Part shown: in pieces, positions 56,787 to 64,000 of the stretch
How the letters are laid out: the number at the start of each line of letters is the position of its first letter
How positions within the stretch are numbered: position 1 is the first letter of the stretch
NCBI GenBank assembly: GCA_032718475.1
Contig: JAUCBJ010008996.1
Span: forward strand, 33,496-97,495
Direction: 5' to 3'
Length of the DNA: 64,000 nucleotides
DNA from: Nemertoderma westbladi
Lineage: Eukaryota > Animalia > Xenacoelomorpha
Translations under genes and position numbers: made by a program
Notes under the pieces: generated by a model
Database searches by the model: none
Told to the model about the DNA's origin: nothing
The model's input: the letters and a program-made list of their open reading frames with translations, nothing else

Positions 56787-59700
56787 GGAATTCGTTACAT
56801 GAGATCCAAGATGAAGATGATTCTGTCCCGGATAACAATAAGAGTAACATGGTGCCGGACGCGTTGGTGCAAGTGACAACCACAACCCTAGATGACGACG
56901 AGCCGGACTTGGATACACCATCGTTACCAAAAATCCCAACACCAAAAAGCAAAGGTCCCAAGGAACAATCCCGTCTGATTCATACAAGTCCGGTGAAACT
57001 CTCCAGTCGTAAACCGAGTGTCGCTAAACCGGGGTTCGCCTGCAGCCAATGCAGCAGCACCTACACCGACAAGAACAGTCTGATGCGACATCTGATGGAC
57101 GCCCACGCACCCCAATACGGGGTGGAGGACCAGGCATCCGATGATAGTCTACCCGGGAGTCCCACAGAGGAAGGACTGCTGGCCTGTTCCGAGTGCGAGG
57201 CATCCTTCACCAAAGAGTCCCAGTTGACTCGGCATTTCAACCAATCCCATAGATGGTTTTGTTCCCAATGCGAAATGCAATTTTGTTCCAAGAAGCAGCT
57301 CAAAAAACACAATAAAAGCGCCCACTTTGCGGGCGTTGCGTCAACTAGATACTCATGTTCGCATTGTTCACTCTCCTTCGCTAGTGAGTCAAAGCTATCC
57401 TTTCATAAAATGAAATCGCACAAAAGGGGGGAAATTAAACATGTAAAAGAGAAGAAAAACATTGCCAAAGATTCTCCTGCTGGTGAAAAGAAATCGCCGT
57501 TCCAGGTTAAGAAAGATACTCTGAGAGAATTGCGACTCAAAGACGCCTTAAAGAAGAAAAAAGAATCTCTTCAAGAGAATAATGATGTATTTAATGACAT
57601 CAAAGCAGCTTTTAAAGAAACTAAAAATATCGAAAAGGAACAAATTGAACCCACTGAGGACTCATTAGATAATGTGAAAGATATTGATGGAAGTGTTAGG
57701 AATGATGTACAGACTGAAGATATGGAAGCATCTAACAAGTCTCCTGTCAGGAAAGAGCCGGATGTGGGGACTGATGTGCAGGACGATAGTTTGATTGATA
57801 ATGAAACCTCTATTGTAGACACGAGTAATGACATCAACATGGATTTAAATTCCGATTACGTTAATGCTAATATCGTTGGCGACACTGAAATGGGGGATGT
57901 TGTTGTTGCTGATGCTATGCTAGACGAAGATCCTTGTATTCCGGTCGGTATTTCCGACACAAGTTATGATGAATCTAAACCAAATAATGAGAGAAAAATT
58001 CAACCAAATGCAGATTTTATGAATGACTCAATGGAAGGTCGTGTTCCTATTAATGATGTGACAGACAGCGAGATTGTCAACGAGTATTCATCTGACATTT
58101 CAGACAATTTAGTTATTGACGAACAACAACCAATTGGCGCTAAAAAATCTAAAATTAATTTATCCAGTCAAACAACTCATCACGGTGTCGGTGATGATTC
58201 GAGTCCCTCTGATGTCGCTAATTCTGTTGGTGGTCAGTTGAATAAGACATCTGATTTCAGTGGCTCCACTGAACACGATTCACACTCCGCGCAAGCAGAA
58301 GTAATTTTTCCACCTATTCCGTTGCACAACTGCAGAAAATGCGATGACAAGTTCGGTTCAATGGAGGAGCTTATAGACCACATTGAAGAGGCTCACGAGA
58401 CACCATCCAAGTATTGTCCAGTGTGTAACCTCCCCGGATATGACTACGCCACAATGGTATCTCACTTCGTACAGCATCACTGCTTCAAGAAGAGTGGGAC
58501 GTGTGTTCCGTGTCAGCGACGTTTCGATGACCTGCCCCGGTTGAAGAAACACGCACAGGGTTCCCACATTAATAAAGTATTCAATAAGTGTAAGATCTGT
58601 GAGATGGGATTCGACTGCCCCAGTCGACTCTATATGCATATGGATAAGGTTCACAGCCACAATGTGCTGCTCGCTCAGTATAAAGCTGGTCACGATAGGA
58701 GTCGACAGCTCGATATTATTTCAACGAAACGGCGGGAGATTGAACGCCAGCAGCAGATTCTCGAGAAGCAAAAGCAACTCTTATTGAAGCTTGAATCGCA
58801 ACAAATGAAAAGTGAAAAAAAGGTTGTGGATTTAAATGTTTTGAAGGAATTTGATTCTCCTCAATTTGAAAAGGAGGCTGTCAAAGCGATTTCTAAATCA
58901 TCTCCACGCGTTTCACATCCAAGTCCTAGTATGTTTTCTAGTCCGGTAAAGTTATCCAGTCAGGGAATGTCCACACTCGGTAAAAAGAAGTCTCGTACTT
59001 CTATACCCTCAATGGAGCCCATAATGTGCATGGAATGTGGTGAGTCGAAAAATGGAATGGAAAGTTTGGTTCAGCATTTTACTCAAGAACACACTCGCAA
59101 TGATAACTTTTGTTATCCCTGTAATCGAATATTTGAGGAACTGTCACGCTTCAGACGTCATACTAGATACCATTGTGAGAAAGCCAGGTATCGCTGCACC
59201 ATATGTGGACAGACTTACGATCGTTCAAACAATCTCTACAAGCATATGGCATCTGCACACAAATCATATAAAACCGAGGAAAACATTGATTATCAAAACT
59301 CAACTCCCAAAATGTCAAATAATATTAGCAACATACCAACATCACAATCAGTTTCTCCATCAGCATCTGGAGGAAAGAAAGGTTTTGGTAAGATCAAGCT
59401 GAGCATCCCAGACCCCAGTGAAAAAGGTGGTGAGCTCTCTTCTGTTAAGGATATTTTGGCAGGAGTCGAGGTCCAGCCATTGGTCCCCCCGGACTATCTA
59501 TGTCGCACCTGCGGCGATAAATTTAAGTCGCTGCCAGCGCTTGACAAGCACCAGTTGTCTGACCATAGTGTGCGAATGGGAACCAGCAAAAGGAAATCCC
59601 GGGTGCCCACAAAACTAATTCTGGACAGTGATAGAACACCTCGAAATGAGGCACAACTGGGTACAAATATGGCTGCTCTGAACGATTCTACAGGTCTGGT

Positions 59701-62700
59701 CTCTGATCCCGATCCTCTTATGGACAACATTGAGAATGTTAGTATTATGATCGGAGATCCATCGGAGATGGGCGGATCCACAGGTCCCGGTTCCTTCGGA
59801 CCCGTATTCGTACCACCTCCTTCCCCAGAACGCCGGCATGGTGTTCACGTCATCAGTTCATATGTTAATATGATCTGTGATTCCAATAACTGCCAGAAGC
59901 AATTCAATTCTTATTTTGACTATGTGGATCACTACTTCAGCGCCCATGGTGAGAATTTAATGTGTTTGACATGCGGGAAACCCTTTCCGGATCAGGATAA
60001 ATACGATCACCATATTAGGGGTCACGTGCGAAAACAGCGGTTCCTGTGCCACTTGTGTCACGTCGGTTTTGATCGCGCCGATAAGGTGTTTCCTCACATG
60101 AGACGGATGCACAACACCACAGTGGAGTTGGACGAAGGAAAACATCTCGCCGAAGCAGCCAGACGAAGACCCAAAGTCCGAACAGAAAGCTCTCTGGTCA
60201 GTTACAATCCGGGAACATCAAACGCATTGGGTAGGTCATTCCAAAGCAAAAGTACTTTCAAATCACTTCTTCATAAAAACACATATTCTATTAATAAGAT
60301 GCATAAGAAAGCCCCGTTTAAAAAGCATCCGAAACTCATGGTAAACAAAACATATACCTGCAAATATTGCCATTTCAAATGCCCAAATAAATCTGTTTTA
60401 TTTGCCCATGTATGTGAAGTCAAGAACGCGGTTGAGTCTACTCCGGTTGGCCAGGACGGCGGTTTAGATTACCCACCCGGAGAGATTACGTGCCACAAGT
60501 GCGACATCTGTTTCATCAACTATGATACATTGGATGAAGCAGAGGCTCACCAGAAAGAAGCTCATGACATTACTGATCCTCCTTTCTACATCAAACGTTT
60601 GAAGACTTGTCCAATATGCATGGTCGCAGTGTTGGCCTCGAATTACACACGGCATCAGGAGCGCGCTCACCCCGAATACTACGCGAGCTACCGGGCTCAA
60701 ACTCGCCAAGAGAGGGTTCATCGGATGAAAGTGAAAAAGATAAAATCTCGACAAATCATAAATAAACAAATTAGTAAAATATCTAACCAACACAAAAAAT
60801 TTCAAATGCACTTTAAATCGAGGGGAACTCTGAGCTCAGAGGGATTGGTTCGACCTACGAAATACGCTCCTTCCGGGCTCCTTAAGATGCGTTTAGCTGA
60901 TTTTCCTGATACTGACGAACTTCTTAATTGCGAGTATTGCGACGAGTCAATAGCTGGGCGACTGATGCATCGTCATCTTAGACAACAACACCCGACTAAA
61001 CTGTACTCCTACCAGTGTCCGGTGTGTAAGATCTGGTGCTGCACGGGTAGCAGTATAAACAGACACATTGTTGTTAAACACGGGAATATATGTGAGGATA
61101 TGGTCACAGGAGACCAAGGCGTTGGACAATATCATATGAGTAATTTCGCTGGGGTCAGAAGTAAGGGGAAGAAGTCAAAAGGACATCATAAGAAATTGAG
61201 ATTGAAGAGGCAGAGGTCAAATCTTCCTTCATCGAGTCACTGGCGTTGCAGTCATTGCGGTCGGACTTTCTTCTCGAAGTGCAATCTCGAGCGCCATCAC
61301 CGGGAGACCGCCTGTCTCCTTATCAACCCTTATCCAATGAAGGAACTCGTTTCCGAGACACCCCCTGCGCCTCCAATAGAAGTAGAGACGGAATCCATCA
61401 AAGAGGACCCGGTAACGAGCAACGGGAATCTATCCGTGTCCGCTGGTGGAGGTGCGAGCGATAAGGTATGTAGTTATTGCAGTCGTGTGTTCGCCAACAG
61501 TAGCAATGTGTGTCGACATCAACGAGAAACACAATGTCTCGTAATTAATGCAAAAAACCGGCAGCATCTAGATCCCCCTCCTCAACCTGTTGTTAAACCA
61601 AAGGAAGAAGTTGTTCCCATGGAATCATTTTATGTGGAACCCCCATCCACCGCTCAGCTGACGCCTCAACATTTTTGCAGCGTTTGTAACCGCGGATTTG
61701 TTAACAGAGGTAATCTGCAACGCCATATAGTTCAGGTGGATTGCGTTCCACCAAACCAATCCACGGCAACCGTACAACAAAGTACGAGTTTACTTTCTGA
61801 AGTTGCAGCCGCTTCGCAACAACGCCAACACCAGGAATTAGATACGATCGATTCACCAACGATTGTCGACTCTGATCAAGTACTGGAGTCTAACACTCCC
61901 GGCCCCATTAAAGTCTTCAATGTCGATGATAAAAGCAATGTTGTGGCTAAAACTGAGACATTCGAAGAATCCACAGGGAAATCTAGCAAAGATAAACCGG
62001 CTGACGACCATCTGTATTGCGACATTTGCGGAATCTCGTTCGAGCGATCGATCGGAATGGTTCTACACGATCGGTTTATCCACGGGATCGTCACGTTGCC
62101 GGTGAAGCAAAGGAAGGGAAAACGTGGGAGCGAATCGGCGGAAGGCGAATCAGCGATGGATGATCAGCCTCCCACCAAACAACAGAAACTCGACGAGGTT
62201 TCCGACTCCGCCGTCGAAAAACTCCAATGTCCGCAGTGTCCGAAAATGTTCTCCAATGCCTCGACTATGGCGATACACGCCAAGTATTCCCACGGCCAAC
62301 ACGGCGTTATACTCTGTGAGGTCTGCAATCAGGGGGTCTATCACGTGCAGTACGCGAGCCACATGGCGAGACACGAGCTCGCCAAGAGGTTACCCACAGC
62401 GGACAGACCGGAAGGCATGGAGAGAACTGATCTTCCTGAGTCAGTGGACCCGGCTTTGTTCCCCTACTCGTGCGACCTCTGCGGGGAGTTGTTCGCCGAA
62501 CGCGACGAGCTGCGCGACCACCAGACAGCCGACCACGACGCCTCGGAGCGCTCCAACCATCGCTGCTCCATCTGCTCCGTCGCGTTCGCCTCCGACACCA
62601 ATCTCTCCGCTCATATGGCGCACGCCCACGCAGACTGCGGCGCCGGGATCCAACGGAAGTCGTCGGTGTTCCGCGGATTCGGATCGCCCAGCGCCAATAA

Positions 62701-63034
62701 CGGACATGACGTCATAGACTTGTCGGCTCTATTGGACTCAGACGAAGGCGAAATGGAGGGCGTCTCCAAGACAACGAATGACGTCAACAGGCGGTTTAGT
62801 AACACGGATTCCAGGAGCGGAACAGAAGGTCGCTCCAAACTCGTCAGTTTCCCGTCGCCAAACACTCGGTTGATGAAACCGAAAACTGAAAGGCATCTGC
62901 CCTTGTCTCCGGTGATCGTGGATAACTGCCCCACCTTCAAATTGACTCCGTTAACTTCCGGGGAAAAATGCGAACAACCTCCAGTGTTCACCTCTAGAGG
63001 GCGCCGCGTCATACCGAAGACTTGGTTAGAGTAG
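56787..63034 (+). CDS. Multi-zinc-finger protein, final 6.2-kb coding exon (about 28 C2H2/C2HC fingers)
   Basis: Acceptor tttactttag|gg is phase 1 and in frame with ORF 56849..63034. Dispersed CxxC-x12-HxxxxH motifs. Confidence 0.92.
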
Positions 63035-63113
63035 CTCTACAGTATTAAATAGGACATTGAATTTTATATTATAAAACTCAGGTCGTTAAATGTTGGAAAA
63101 TAGTTGGCAGGTG

Positions 63114-63355
63114 GGGCGGTTGCGTTTGCGAAAATTTCAAATACTCTACTCTACCTAAATAGAGAGCGCATTATTAAAGAAAGTGATCTTTTTGGCGCTT
63201 GTTTAGTGAAATAAATATTGCAACTTTCAAATAAATTACTTGTGTTTAGTTGTTCTGAGAAACTGCGAGTTTATTTTACTTTAACAACCTGATATCGTAT
63301 TGGTGGTCGGAACTACGCTATTGGCCATCCTCTATATTTCGCAAACCTACCGCCC
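63114..63355. mobile_element. Small MITE-like element
   Basis: gggcggttgcgtttgcgaaa ... tttcgcaaacctaccgccc imperfect TIR. Confidence 0.45.
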
Positions 63356-64000
63356 TGTTATACGAAACATTGCGACCTACTAACTCCGCCGGTTGGCCGC
63401 TGTATTAAACTCGCGACACATTGCGGTTACCCCATTTTTTGTGTATCTATTGTACTCGATATCTTTGTAGATAAATTGTTGGAATTTTAATCGCGTATAT
63501 TTTCATTTTATTTATCAAGGCTTTTTAACGGCGTCAATTAAATATCTAGAATTTAGGATAATATCTCGATTAGTCGATTTAAACCCGTTCTGTTGTTGGG
63601 GCTTGTTTACTGTGTTGTTGTTATTGTTAGCGTTATTATTGGGTTTTGTAATTTTACCTCCAGTTAAAAATGGGTTGTGTGTATAATAGTTCGGCAGAAA
63701 GCCGGTTTTTCCACTGAACCTCGCATGGGAGTATAGTAAAGGTTTTGGATGATTTTGGTGCGGAATTTTATTGTGATCAATAATCCGACAGATGTCCATC
63801 ATTGATGATTTTGTGTAAATAGCAATATAAAGAATTGTCCTCAGTAACGATTAAGACAGTTAATCAGATTGCTACCCATATTTTAGCACTAGATTTGCTG
63901 TTGAAAATGAACAAATGGTACATGATTGCATTACAATTAAACTTACATTACCGGAATTCCTAGCACTTTTTATTTTGGTCGCACCTCGCATATTTTTGCT

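Overview
AT-rich eukaryotic DNA, most likely from an invertebrate animal, with spliceosomal introns and dense repeats. Host genes: (i) a large + strand multi-zinc-finger gene (4 coding exons, 39447..63034, about 38 fingers, with apparent 1-nt frameshifts in exon 3); (ii) a degraded minus-strand secreted-protein gene (signal peptide, ShKT, Caspr/neurexin-IV-like fibrinogen-related domain); (iii) a 16-Cys orphan ORF nested in zinc-finger intron 3. Mobile DNA: a BEL/Pao LTR retrotransposon inserted in a 38-41 bp satellite, and an intact 1329-aa Ulp1-protease/RT/RLE non-LTR ORF (CRE-like). That ORF abuts a GPCR terminal exon and sits inside a TA-flanked TIR element. There are also Helentron/HINE-like elements, tRNA-derived SINEs, four satellites or minisatellites and many nested MITEs with readable TSDs. 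A bipartite motif (CGTTTATTGTTTTGGTT-N14-CTGTAACCTGCTC) recurs inside otherwise unrelated MITE families. All alignments were done by eye, so repeat boundaries may be off by a few bases.
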